Source: Chitinophagales bacterium (GTDB lineage: Bacteria > Bacteroidota > Bacteroidia > Chitinophagales > Chitinophagaceae). Taken from it: a stretch of 38,063 bases of DNA. The notes beneath the pieces are model-generated. The model searched no databases. It saw nothing but the letters and a program-made list of their open reading frames with translations, and was not told where the DNA came from. The translations under genes and the position numbers were made by a program. This document shows, in pieces, positions 20,562 through 29,143 of this stretch (within the stretch, counting starts at the first letter, position 1; the number at the start of each line of letters is the position of its first letter). The DNA is taken from NCBI GenBank assembly GCA_043749085.1, contig JAYVEA010000090.1:1-38063 (forward strand), written 5' to 3'.

Positions 20562-20612
20562 CTTAGCCGTGTCTCTCTTCATAGCTTTTAGCTAAGCAGG
20601 ACACGGCGTAAG
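20562..20612. repeat. Nested intergenic palindrome (REP-like or terminator)
   Basis: CTTAGCCGTGTC / GACACGGC(G)TAAG outer stem; inner TAGCT-TTT-AGCTA. Confidence 0.6.
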
Positions 20613-20661
20613 TCATAAAAGAACATTCAAACCTACTCTAATTCCATAATAGCATCCCCTG

Positions 20662-20669
20662 TATCTTTG
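20662..20669 (+). promoter_or_regulatory. -7 promoter element (TATCTTTG) of lptF/G
   Basis: TAnnTTTG; implies the real start is ATG 20685/20688, not TTG 20667. Confidence 0.6.
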
Positions 20670-20684
20670 TGCATTGTACTTATT

Positions 20685-21779
20685 ATGATGAAAATTCTCG
20701 ACTGGTATATTCTTAAAAAATATTTTGTCACATTTTTATTTTTTTTGCTTGCTCTTACAGCCATAGCAGTAATCATAGATCTTAGTGAAAGAACAGATGA
20801 TTTTGCAAAAACTCATCTTCCTGCATCAATAATTATTACTCAATATTATTTTGGTTTTATACCCAGGATAGATGCTTTGCTCTTCCCGTTGTTTGTGTTT
20901 TTATCGGTAATATTTTTTACTTCAATAATGGCAAACCGGTCGGAGATAATTGTTATACTTGCTAATGGTGTAAGCTTTACCAGGTTTTTGCGACCTTACT
21001 TTATTGGAGGCATTTTATTATCAGCTTTTCTCTGGTGGTGTAACCAGGGTCTTCTGCCAAGGGCAAATGCAAAGTGGGCTAATTTTTCTGCAAAATATAT
21101 TGATGAAAGTTATGCCGGCGTTCGCAACCAATCTTACATAAATAATTTTTATTTCAGGCTGGATTCATTTTCGTATGCCGGCATACGATATTATGATACA
21201 GTAAGCCGTACAGGAAATAATTTCTTTGTGCAAAAATTTCAAAACAACCAACTCGTCTACAACCTGCGTGCAGAAACGATCAGCTGGGATACTGCAACTC
21301 ATAACTGGCGGCTTAACGGGGTAATTGAAAGATCTATTAATGGCATACGTGAAAATTTAAATCAACGGCCGGTTTTGCAAATGAAATATAGTTTTAAGCC
21401 ACGGGATCTGCAGCGGGATGAATACATGAAGGATAAATTATCTACCAAAGACCTGAATGAATTCATCAAACTTGAAAAATTACGCGGCTCAGAAACTGTA
21501 AATTCATTAATGTTGGAAAAGAACAGCAGGGATGCCGGGCCTCCATCCGTTTTAATACTTACAATGATAGGAGCAGTGGTTGCTTCAAGAAAAATAAGAG
21601 GAGGTAGTGGATTTCATCTTGCCATTGGGATAGTAATAAGTGTCGCCTATATTTTAATCGGCAGGTTTGCTTCCGTGTTTGCAATGAAAGGTAATTTTAA
21701 TCCTGTATTGGCAGCATGGATACCAAATATTTTTTTCGCCCTGTTAGCCTACTATTTATACCGTAAGGCCCCTAAATAA
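20685..21779 (+). CDS. LptF/LptG family LPS export permease
   Basis: MKILDWYILKK start, RSEIIVILANGVS, SRKIRGG, AAWIPNI; 3 TM + periplasmic domain + 3 TM. Confidence 0.9.
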   Translation: MMKILDWYILKKYFVTFLFFLLALTAIAVIIDLSERTDDFAKTHLPASIIITQYYFGFIPRIDALLFPLFVFLSVIFFTSIMANRSEIIVILANGVSFTRFLRPYFIGGILLSAFLWWCNQGLLPRANAKWANFSAKYIDESYAGVRNQSYINNFYFRLDSFSYAGIRYYDTVSRTGNNFFVQKFQNNQLVYNLRAETISWDTATHNWRLNGVIERSINGIRENLNQRPVLQMKYSFKPRDLQRDEYMKDKLSTKDLNEFIKLEKLRGSETVNSLMLEKNSRDAGPPSVLILTMIGAVVASRKIRGGSGFHLAIGIVISVAYILIGRFASVFAMKGNFNPVLAAWIPNIFFALLAYYLYRKAPK

Positions 21780-21782
21780 TTT

Positions 21783-21879
21783 TCATTAGTCAATATTCAT
21801 TTGTCATTGAGTCACTGTTTCACTGGTCTCTATATTTTATTTTTTTTGCCTATTGACCATTGTCTATTGACCATTGACT
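21783..21879. repeat. Two adjacent 7-8 nt tandem-repeat tracts
   Basis: TCATTAG TCAATAT TCATTTG TCATTGAG TCACTGTT TCACTGG (21783-21826); CCTATTG ACCATTG TCTATTG ACCATTG (21849-21876). Confidence 0.75.
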
Positions 21880-21909
21880 TTCATTAACTTTACTATTAAA
21901 TAATTTCGA

Positions 21910-23235
21910 ATGGGTGTGATCAAAGATAAATTTAAAGAAAAGGCCGATATCATGTCTGCAGAGATGAAGGAAATTTTAAAGCAACATGGAGATAAAAAGA
22001 TAGGAGAAGTTTTTTTATCGCAGGTTTACCAGGGCATGCGTGGTATTACTGGCCTTGTTACTGAAACATCTTTGCTGGATGCACAGGAAGGCATTCGTTT
22101 CAGAGGCTATTCAATTCCTGAATTGCAACAAAAATTGCCAAAAGCTTCCGGCGGATCGGAGCCTTTACCAGAAGGATTATTTTACCTGATGTTGGTAGGT
22201 GAATTGCCTACAGATGAAGATGTTCAACATGTCACCAGTGTTTGGCAACGCCGCAGTCATGTTCCTAATCATGTGTTTGCTACTATCGAAGCATTGCCTG
22301 TTACCACACATCCGATGACACAGTTTGTGGTTGCAATAATGGCATTGCAAACAGAAAGTCAATTTGCAAAAAGGTATGCAGCCGGTCTTAATAAAAAAGA
22401 ATATTGGGATGCGGTGTTTGATGATTCTATGGATCTTATAGCAAGGCTGCCAAGGGTTGCCGCATATATTTATCGTCGTAAATATAAAAAAGGTGATCAC
22501 ATTCAACCCAATGGCTTATTGGATTGGGCAGGCAATTTTGCTCATATGATGGGTTACGAGGATGAGGGATTTATGGAATTGATGCGATTGTACATGACCA
22601 TTCACGCTGATCATGAAGGCGGCAATGTATCAGCACATGCCACGCATTTGGTTGGCTCTGCATTAGCCGATCCATACTTAAGTTTTGCTGCGGGAATGAA
22701 TGGTCTTGCAGGTCCTTTACATGGCCTGGCAAATCAGGAAGTTATTAAATGGATATTTGAAATGAGAGAAGAGTTAGGAACCGAACTTCCTAATAAGGAG
22801 CAAATTGTTGAGTACGTTAAAAAAACGTTGAGTGAAGGTAAAGTTGTTCCGGGTTATGGGCATGCGGTGTTGCGTAAAACTGATCCACGTTTTTCTGCAC
22901 AAATGGAGTTTGGTAAAAAGCATATGCCTGATGATCCGTTAGTGCAAACCGTTTGGAATATTTATGAGGCTGTACCACCTATTTTACAATCTCTGGGAAA
23001 AATAAAAAACCCATGGCCAAATGTAGATGCCCACAGCGGCGCTTTATTGGTTCATTATGGAATGAAAGAGTATGAATTTTATACCGTATTATTTGGTGTA
23101 TCAAGAGCGTTAGGGGTATTGGCAAGTCTTTGCTGGGACAGGGCATTAGGCTTTCCACTCGAAAGACCAAAGTCTGTCACCAATACACAGGTAAAGTTAT
23201 GGCTGGAAGGAAAGGATGAAATTTGGGGAGAATGA
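21910..23235 (+). CDS. gltA: Citrate (Si)-synthase, eukaryotic type
   Basis: [69 protein letters not shown]. Confidence 0.96.
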   Translation: MGVIKDKFKEKADIMSAEMKEILKQHGDKKIGEVFLSQVYQGMRGITGLVTETSLLDAQEGIRFRGYSIPELQQKLPKASGGSEPLPEGLFYLMLVGELPTDEDVQHVTSVWQRRSHVPNHVFATIEALPVTTHPMTQFVVAIMALQTESQFAKRYAAGLNKKEYWDAVFDDSMDLIARLPRVAAYIYRRKYKKGDHIQPNGLLDWAGNFAHMMGYEDEGFMELMRLYMTIHADHEGGNVSAHATHLVGSALADPYLSFAAGMNGLAGPLHGLANQEVIKWIFEMREELGTELPNKEQIVEYVKKTLSEGKVVPGYGHAVLRKTDPRFSAQMEFGKKHMPDDPLVQTVWNIYEAVPPILQSLGKIKNPWPNVDAHSGALLVHYGMKEYEFYTVLFGVSRALGVLASLCWDRALGFPLERPKSVTNTQVKLWLEGKDEIWGE

Positions 23236-23317
23236 TTTATTTTTAAATCTAAAGTCAGAGTGTTTTCTTCTTATTATTTTTTGACTTCTATTTAAATTAT
23301 ACAGGTTTAAAATAAAG

Positions 23318-23866
23318 ATGAGAAATTCATATCTGGTATTACTTTTTGGAATTATTATTTTACCAGGATGTAAAACCAAATCAAACGTTAGAGGTGACAA
23401 TAATGCTAGCAGTTCAGGCAGTTGGTCAAAACAATATCGGAATAATTTTATACAGGATTGCATTGATAAGGCTTCAGAAAATATAAGTGCATCGCAAGCC
23501 TTTAAAGATTGTAATTGCATGACAGAAAAAGTTGAAGCAAAATATCCTAATGAAACTAATGTAGATGAAAAACTTTCTAATGAAGAAATTCAAGCTATGA
23601 AAACTGAATGTTTAAATTCATCCACAACTCAGACAAATAAATCTGATCAATCAAATAAGTCAGCAGGCTGGTCAATATATGATCAGCAGGAATTTATAGA
23701 TAATTGCATGCCCACTGTAAATAAAACATTGGGCACCAGGGGCGCAAATGATTATTGCGATTGCATGTTGAAAAAATTAATCCAGGATTATCCTGATTCA
23801 AAAAATGTTGATAAAGCTTCCAAAACTTATTTAAACGCAATAGCGTCTGATTGTTTAAGAAGATGA
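23318..23866 (+). CDS. Hypothetical lipoprotein with two 4-Cys repeat domains
   Basis: Lipobox ILPGC; two copies of WS-x6-FI-x2-C...CxCM...YP...CL. Confidence 0.75.
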   Translation: MRNSYLVLLFGIIILPGCKTKSNVRGDNNASSSGSWSKQYRNNFIQDCIDKASENISASQAFKDCNCMTEKVEAKYPNETNVDEKLSNEEIQAMKTECLNSSTTQTNKSDQSNKSAGWSIYDQQEFIDNCMPTVNKTLGTRGANDYCDCMLKKLIQDYPDSKNVDKASKTYLNAIASDCLRR

Positions 23867-23882
23867 TGATAAATTATTACAT

Positions 23883-23933
23883 TGGGCATTAGCTCAGTTG
23901 GCTAGAGCGTCCCGATAAATATCGGGAAGGTCA
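23883..23933 (+). pseudogene. Truncated tRNA-Ala mimic (D-arm + substituted anticodon hairpin + variable loop)
   Basis: 22 nt identical to the tRNA (23888-23909 = 23963-23984), then TCCCGAT-AAAT-ATCGGGA, then AGGTCA; no T-arm. Confidence 0.85.
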
Positions 23934-23957
23934 TTGAAATATTTTTTAAAATAAAAT

Positions 23958-24031
<74 letters not shown>

Positions 24032-24041
24032 CAACAATCTT

Positions 24042-24280
24042 ATGTATTTTTTATACATACTTTATTCTGCTTTATTAAATCAAGATTACACAGATCATAC
24101 ACAAAATGTAATTGATCTATTTTATTGTTACAATATTTCGGGCAGCAAAACTAAAAAGGTAATGATTGGAAGGTTATTTATACATCGTTTGTTTTGAAAA
24201 ATGAGGCTTGCAAAAGGGAAATAGAGGATAAGAAAAAGAAAAGTTGAAAATATTTACAAAGTCTCATTTACACAGTCGGG
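24042..24280 (+). pseudogene. Degraded small GIY-YIG nuclease gene (frameshift near 24160, internal TGA at 24245)
   Basis: MYFLYILYSALLNQDYTDHTQN...NISGSKTKK / NDWKVIYTSFVLKNEACKREIEDKKKKS*KYLQSLI follows the YILxS...YxGxTxN...HN...TK...W.vY.....EA.kRE..IK layout of short GIY-YIG proteins. Confidence 0.75.
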
Positions 24281-24331
24281 CTGGGCGTCCCGAAGAACGG
24301 AAGGTCACCAGTTCTAGCCTGGTATTCTCCA
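24261..24331 (+). pseudogene. Second tRNA-Ala mimic (decayed D-arm, TCCCGA..CGGA hairpin, intact T-arm and 3' acceptor strand)
   Basis: 24302-24332 matches the tRNA 3' part 24002-24032 at 28/31 nt, exactly 300 bp downstream. Confidence 0.8.
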
Positions 24332-24628
24332 CTATTGCCTTTCTTTTTTCCCCTTTTCCTTCATTTTTTTTATTTCCCCTTCATCGTTTCTCACTTCTTT
24401 TTGTGGTTGCTCTTTTTTACTGTAATTAGGATGAGAGTTACCATTTCCAAAAACACTATTACTGTTTGCATGGATCTTTGCATTAATATTTGCTGTAGCG
24501 GTGGCTCGTACAACACCGTTTATTCTTGGTGGCTGTTTAACCATATTACGGCCCGGCTGTGCAAACAATTTATTGCTGATTATAAAAACAACAATCAATA
24601 GGAATGTAATTTTATTTAGAGCTTTCAT
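24332..24628 (-). CDS. Small secreted hypothetical protein with basic low-complexity tail
   Basis: Signal peptide (..LFA/Q); NAKIHANSNSVFG segment; Lys/Glu-rich C-terminus. Confidence 0.55.
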   Translation of the reverse strand: MKALNKITFLLIVVFIISNKLFAQPGRNMVKQPPRINGVVRATATANINAKIHANSNSVFGNGNSHPNYSKKEQPQKEVRNDEGEIKKMKEKGKKERQ

Positions 24629-24718
24629 ACAAATCTTTTAAGGCATTTAATGTATAAGATATGTATAAAATGCATAAACCATGCCTTTAAAAAATAAGTG
24701 GATAAAAAATTTGGATAA

Positions 24719-24756
24719 ACTAAAAAAATTAGTATTTTTACACTAAGCAAATTAGT
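24719..24756. promoter_or_regulatory. Two ACTAA-N5-TTAGT palindromic operators upstream of the S24 repressor
   Basis: ACTAA-AAAAA-TTAGT (24719-24733) and ACTAA-GCAAA-TTAGT (24742-24756). Confidence 0.8.
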
Positions 24757-24761
24757 TTCAT

Positions 24762-25517
24762 ATGGCTATCGCAGGGCAAAATTTAAAATATTTACGCAAA
24801 CTACGAGGGTGGACCCAGGAAGAGTTTGCAAATAAATTGAGCATTAAACGCTCACTTCTCGGGGCATATGAAGAAGAAAGAGCTGAGCCCCGTCTTGAGG
24901 TGTTGGAGATCATCAGCGATATGTTTAAAGTAACCCTTGATGAATTGCTTCGCAGGGACCTTAGCATTACACAGGGAAGTAATTACCTGGCTAAAAGGCG
25001 GCAGTTAAAAATGATGAGCGCTGACAGGAATATTATTCATTTTGTTCCGGTAAAGGCAGCTGCAGGATATCTGGCCGGCTATGCAGATAGTGAATTTATT
25101 GATGAGCTAAATACTTTTACCTTACCAATGTTAACAGGTGGTAATTATCGTGCTTTTGAAATAATTGGTGATAGTATGATGCCAACACCTTCCGGAAGCA
25201 TTATTGTTGGTGAAAAAGTAGAAAATCTTGACGATGCCAAAAGTAATCTTGCTTACATCGTGGTAAGTAAAAATGAGGGCATAGTGTATAAGAGGGTTGT
25301 AAAAAACAATAAGGTTAAAAATAAAATAACATTAGTAAGTGATAATCCTGCTTACCAGCCATATCAGATAAATGCCCATGATATTTTGGAGATGTGGCAG
25401 GCCCAGGCAATTATAAATAAGGTTACCCAGCAGCAAAGATGGGATGTAAATGCTCTGGCAAATCTTGTTAATAACTTACAGGACCAGGTAAGTAACATGG
25501 CTAAAAAAATGAATTAG
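24762..25517 (+). CDS. XRE-HTH + S24 peptidase repressor (Bacteroidota LexA-like)
   Basis: NLKYLRK..TQEEFA..RSLLGAYEEERAEP HTH; KAAAGY cleavage region; GDSM serine; YKRV lysine. Confidence 0.9.
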   Translation: MAIAGQNLKYLRKLRGWTQEEFANKLSIKRSLLGAYEEERAEPRLEVLEIISDMFKVTLDELLRRDLSITQGSNYLAKRRQLKMMSADRNIIHFVPVKAAAGYLAGYADSEFIDELNTFTLPMLTGGNYRAFEIIGDSMMPTPSGSIIVGEKVENLDDAKSNLAYIVVSKNEGIVYKRVVKNNKVKNKITLVSDNPAYQPYQINAHDILEMWQAQAIINKVTQQQRWDVNALANLVNNLQDQVSNMAKKMN

Positions 25518-25607
25518 GTTTGTAAACATTCATAAAGATTTTGCTTCATTCTTACCATTAGAATGCGGCCGTACAGATACATCGATTAACAATTAAAAAA
25601 CACAGTT

Positions 25608-26033
25608 ATGATCAAGTTACAAATCGTAGGCAACCTCGGCGGAGATTGCATCGTAAAAGAAGTGAATGGCAAAAATGTTATCAACTTTAATGTTGCCCAC
25701 ACTGAAAAGTTTAAAGACGCACAGGGTAATTTAAAAGAAAGAACCACATGGGTAAATTGCGCTTACTGGACAGACAGGACGGCAGTAGCACAATATTTAA
25801 AAAGAGGGAAGCAAATTTATGCAGAAGGTTCTCCTGAAGCAGATGGTTATTTGAATAAAGAAAATCAGCCGGCCGCTACCTTAAGAATGAGAGTTCAAAA
25901 TTTACAATTATTAGGCGGCGGAAATGATAGCCCACAGGGTAATGGTGGTGGAGGACAAATGGCTTCATCTTCTACAAGCAATGCCACAAGAATGAGTGAA
26001 GTCTCCGAACCTGCTGATGATCTTCCATTTTAA
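25608..26033 (+). CDS. ssb: Single-stranded DNA-binding protein
   Basis: GNLG, TTWVNC, YLKRGKQIYAEG OB fold; C-terminal DDLPF. Confidence 0.96.
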   Translation: MIKLQIVGNLGGDCIVKEVNGKNVINFNVAHTEKFKDAQGNLKERTTWVNCAYWTDRTAVAQYLKRGKQIYAEGSPEADGYLNKENQPAATLRMRVQNLQLLGGGNDSPQGNGGGGQMASSSTSNATRMSEVSEPADDLPF

Positions 26034-26052
26034 TTAAATAATATTAAAAGGC

Positions 26053-26087
26053 AAAGCGATAACAAATGCTATCGCTTTTTTATTTTT
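26053..26087 (+). terminator. Rho-independent terminator after ssb
   Basis: AAAGCGATAACA-AA-TGCTATCGCTTT stem (one mismatch) plus T tract. Confidence 0.7.
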
Positions 26088-26091
26088 AGCC

Positions 26092-27744
26092 TTAACTCTC
26101 TGGTTCAACTCTTCCCAGTTTTCTTCCAAAAACACCCAAATGTATTATAGCAAAAGTGAGCGCAATGTAAAGGAGTGTTCTATCAGCATCAAAGCCTACG
26201 TCATATTGATGTAAAAAACCAGCAATAATTAACAGGCCACAAATACCTAAGCTGGTATAACGGGCCAGCCTCATCCCTTTCCTATTATCGGTACCATTAC
26301 CTAAATGACTATGTTTAGCACCATATACAAGATAGATATCCATACCTATAAGCATCCATACAAGCAGTCGTATCCATGTATCCATTGGTAAAAAAATCAT
26401 CATAAAAAGACATACAAAAATCCCGAGGATAGGCACTAACGGAACCAGTGGAGTTTTAAAAGCTCTAGGCAGCTCGGGCATTTTTTTACGCATAACCCAA
26501 ACGCCTATGCATACCAATATAAAAGCGAATAAAGTTCCTATACTTGTCATTTCTCCAACAACTCTCGCCGGCACAAATGCAGCAAACAGGCTTACAAAAA
26601 GCATAAATAATAAATTACTTTTTGCAGGAGTTTGCGTTTTAGGATTAACTGCAGAAAAAACCCTTGGTATCAATCCATCTTTACTCATACTAAAAAATAC
26701 ACGACTCTGTCCCATTAACATTACAAGAATTACTGACGCATATCCTCCAAGAATGGCAACTATTATGGCACGATTTAGCCAAGGATAATCAGGATGTATA
26801 ATTCCTGCTGAATCCGTAGTCCCCATATGATCAATTGCTACTGCAACCGGTGCTATTCCATCTTTGCCCGCAAAAGTGGTATAGCTAGTAACACCTGTCA
26901 TAACATGAGCAAAAAGAATATAGAGTACCGTACAAATTGCCAGTGAACCTAAAATACCCCATGGCATATCACGTTTTGGATTTTTTGCTTCCTGCGCAGC
27001 AGTGCTTACTGCATCAAAACCAATGTATGCAAAGAAGACAATGGCAGCTGCCCTTATAATTCCGCTAAAACCAAAGCTTCCAAAATTTCCCGTATTATCA
27101 GGTATATAAGGATGATAATTATCGTTGTTAATATATTTCCATCCAAGAAAAATAAATACGAGTACTACTGTTATTTTTACCGCAACGATAATAGTATTCA
27201 CAAAAGCACTTTCTTTAGTTCCCTTCATTAATAGTAGGCTCATTAAAACGATTATTAAAACTGCAGGCAAATTAATTATACCGCCGTCCCATGGTCCAAC
27301 TGTAAGTTCCGTTGGAAGATGAACATTAAAACCTTCTAAAAATTTAACCAGGTAGCGGCTCCAGCTAATACCTACTGTTGCTGCTCCTACAGCATATTCT
27401 AACACAAGATCCCAACCAATTATCCATGCAATAAATTCTCCCATGGTTGCATAAGAATAAGTATATGCACTTCCTGCAACAGGAATCATAGAAGCAAATT
27501 CGGCATAACATAAGCCTGCAAAAAGACAACCGAAAGCGGCAACAACAAATGAAATAGTAATTGCAGGCCCGGCGTGGTTTGCAGCAGCCATACCTGTAAT
27601 GGAAAATAATCCTGCGCCGATGATAGCACCAATTCCCAACGCAATTAATCCTCCTGCGCCTAATGTTCTCTTTAATGTATGGGACCCTGTTTCCTGGGCT
27701 TCATTCATTAAAGCCTCCATCGGTTTTCTTACAAATAAACTCAT
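26092..27744 (-). CDS. APC-family amino acid permease (CAT-like)
   Basis: GIGAIIGAG, CYAEFASMIPVAGSAYTY, FFAYIGFDAV, EAKNPKRD. Confidence 0.93.
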   Translation of the reverse strand: MSLFVRKPMEALMNEAQETGSHTLKRTLGAGGLIALGIGAIIGAGLFSITGMAAANHAGPAITISFVVAAFGCLFAGLCYAEFASMIPVAGSAYTYSYATMGEFIAWIIGWDLVLEYAVGAATVGISWSRYLVKFLEGFNVHLPTELTVGPWDGGIINLPAVLIIVLMSLLLMKGTKESAFVNTIIVAVKITVVLVFIFLGWKYINNDNYHPYIPDNTGNFGSFGFSGIIRAAAIVFFAYIGFDAVSTAAQEAKNPKRDMPWGILGSLAICTVLYILFAHVMTGVTSYTTFAGKDGIAPVAVAIDHMGTTDSAGIIHPDYPWLNRAIIVAILGGYASVILVMLMGQSRVFFSMSKDGLIPRVFSAVNPKTQTPAKSNLLFMLFVSLFAAFVPARVVGEMTSIGTLFAFILVCIGVWVMRKKMPELPRAFKTPLVPLVPILGIFVCLFMMIFLPMDTWIRLLVWMLIGMDIYLVYGAKHSHLGNGTDNRKGMRLARYTSLGICGLLIIAGFLHQYDVGFDADRTLLYIALTFAIIHLGVFGRKLGRVEPES

Positions 27745-27880
27745 ATGGTTTGGTTGAGTGATAAAAAAATACAGGATGGAAAAATAAGGAAATAAATTCT
27801 AAATGCTTGCTACATCATAGTATTTTAAATCAACAGGCAGTTAACTCATTTTAAATATTATATTGCAAAACTAATTACCA

Positions 27881-29134
27881 TTGATAAAAGTGAAATCTGC
27901 CAACAGAAACAGGCTTACCCTATTTATTCTCATCGCAATGGTTGCCGGTGTTTTGCTCGGTTATGTTGTACATAAAAATTCCAGCCTTGATTTTGTTGTA
28001 AAATTTTCTACTAATATTAAACTGCTGACAACTATTTTCTTAAGGCTTGTGCAAATGATAATTGCACCGTTGGTTTTCTCAACATTGGTGGTTGGTATTG
28101 CAAAGCTTGGGGATTTGAAAACAGTTGGCCGTATTGGCGGTAAGGCTTTACTATGGTTTATTTCTGCATCGCTTGTTAGTTTATTAATTGGGATGCTGCT
28201 GGTAAATTTTTTTCACCCGGGAACTGCTATTGATTTAAGTAATGCAGATACAGCCGGAGCAAAAGATCTTATTGGTAAAACACAGGAATTTTCTTTACAA
28301 AAATTTGTTGAGCACGTTTTTCCTAAAAGCGTGTTTGATGCAATGGCCAACAATGAAATATTACAACTGGTAATATTCAGCATTTTCTTTGGCGTGGCCG
28401 CAACAGCCATAGGTGATTATGCAAAACCTGTTGTAAAAGCACTTGAAGGTGTATCGCATATTATTCTAAAAATGGTGGGCTATGTGATGAACTTTGCGCC
28501 ACTGGGTGTTTTTGGCGCTATCGCTGCAATTATTGCTACCAAAGGTTTAGACGTTTTTAATTTTTATAAATTTTATCTCCTGTATTTTATCATCGGCATT
28601 TTTTTATTGTGGGCTGTTTTGCTTTTAGTAGGTTTTTTGATTTTAAGAAACCGGGTTCCTGCATTACTAAAAAGGATTGCACAACCATTGCTTATTGCAT
28701 TTAGTACTACGAGTAGTGAAGCGGTCTTTCCCAAATTAACTGAAGAGCTGGAACGTTTTGGCTGTAAGGATAAGATCGTTGCTTTTACTTTACCTCTTGG
28801 CTATAGTTTTAATCTTGATGGCAGCATGATGTATATGACGTTCGCAAGTCTCGCAATTGCACAGGCATATAGAATCCATCTCGATATACCAACACAACTT
28901 ACCATGTTGTTGGTATTAATGCTTACCAGTAAAGGAATCGCAGGCGTACCAAGAGCTTCGCTGGTTGTGGTTACTGCTACGTGTGGCATGTTTAATATTC
29001 CTCCTGAGGGAATTGCATTAATATTACCAATCGATCATTTTTGTGATATGTTTCGTACAGCAACAAATGTTTTAGGCAATGCCCTCGCAACTTCTGCTGT
29101 AAGTAAATGGGAGGGAGAACTTGAGAATGATTAA
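27881..29134 (+). CDS. Dicarboxylate/amino acid:cation symporter (DAACS, GltP-like)
   Basis: FLRLVQMIIAPLVF, AFSTTSSEA, GYSFNLDGS, SKGIAGVP, DMFRTATNVLGN; start uncertain (TTG 27881 or GTG 27890). Confidence 0.93.
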   Translation: MIKVKSANRNRLTLFILIAMVAGVLLGYVVHKNSSLDFVVKFSTNIKLLTTIFLRLVQMIIAPLVFSTLVVGIAKLGDLKTVGRIGGKALLWFISASLVSLLIGMLLVNFFHPGTAIDLSNADTAGAKDLIGKTQEFSLQKFVEHVFPKSVFDAMANNEILQLVIFSIFFGVAATAIGDYAKPVVKALEGVSHIILKMVGYVMNFAPLGVFGAIAAIIATKGLDVFNFYKFYLLYFIIGIFLLWAVLLLVGFLILRNRVPALLKRIAQPLLIAFSTTSSEAVFPKLTEELERFGCKDKIVAFTLPLGYSFNLDGSMMYMTFASLAIAQAYRIHLDIPTQLTMLLVLMLTSKGIAGVPRASLVVVTATCGMFNIPPEGIALILPIDHFCDMFRTATNVLGNALATSAVSKWEGELEND

Positions 29135-29143
29135 AGTTTAACC

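Noticed and set aside
21910-23235. Eukaryote-to-bacterium transfer of citrate synthase
   Set aside because: Eukaryotic-type citrate synthase is a known normal feature of many Bacteroidota.
24762-26033. Prophage (CI-like repressor + ssb)
   Set aside because: No phage structural, integrase or replication genes; the flanks are host housekeeping genes and the operator fits host SOS-type regulation.
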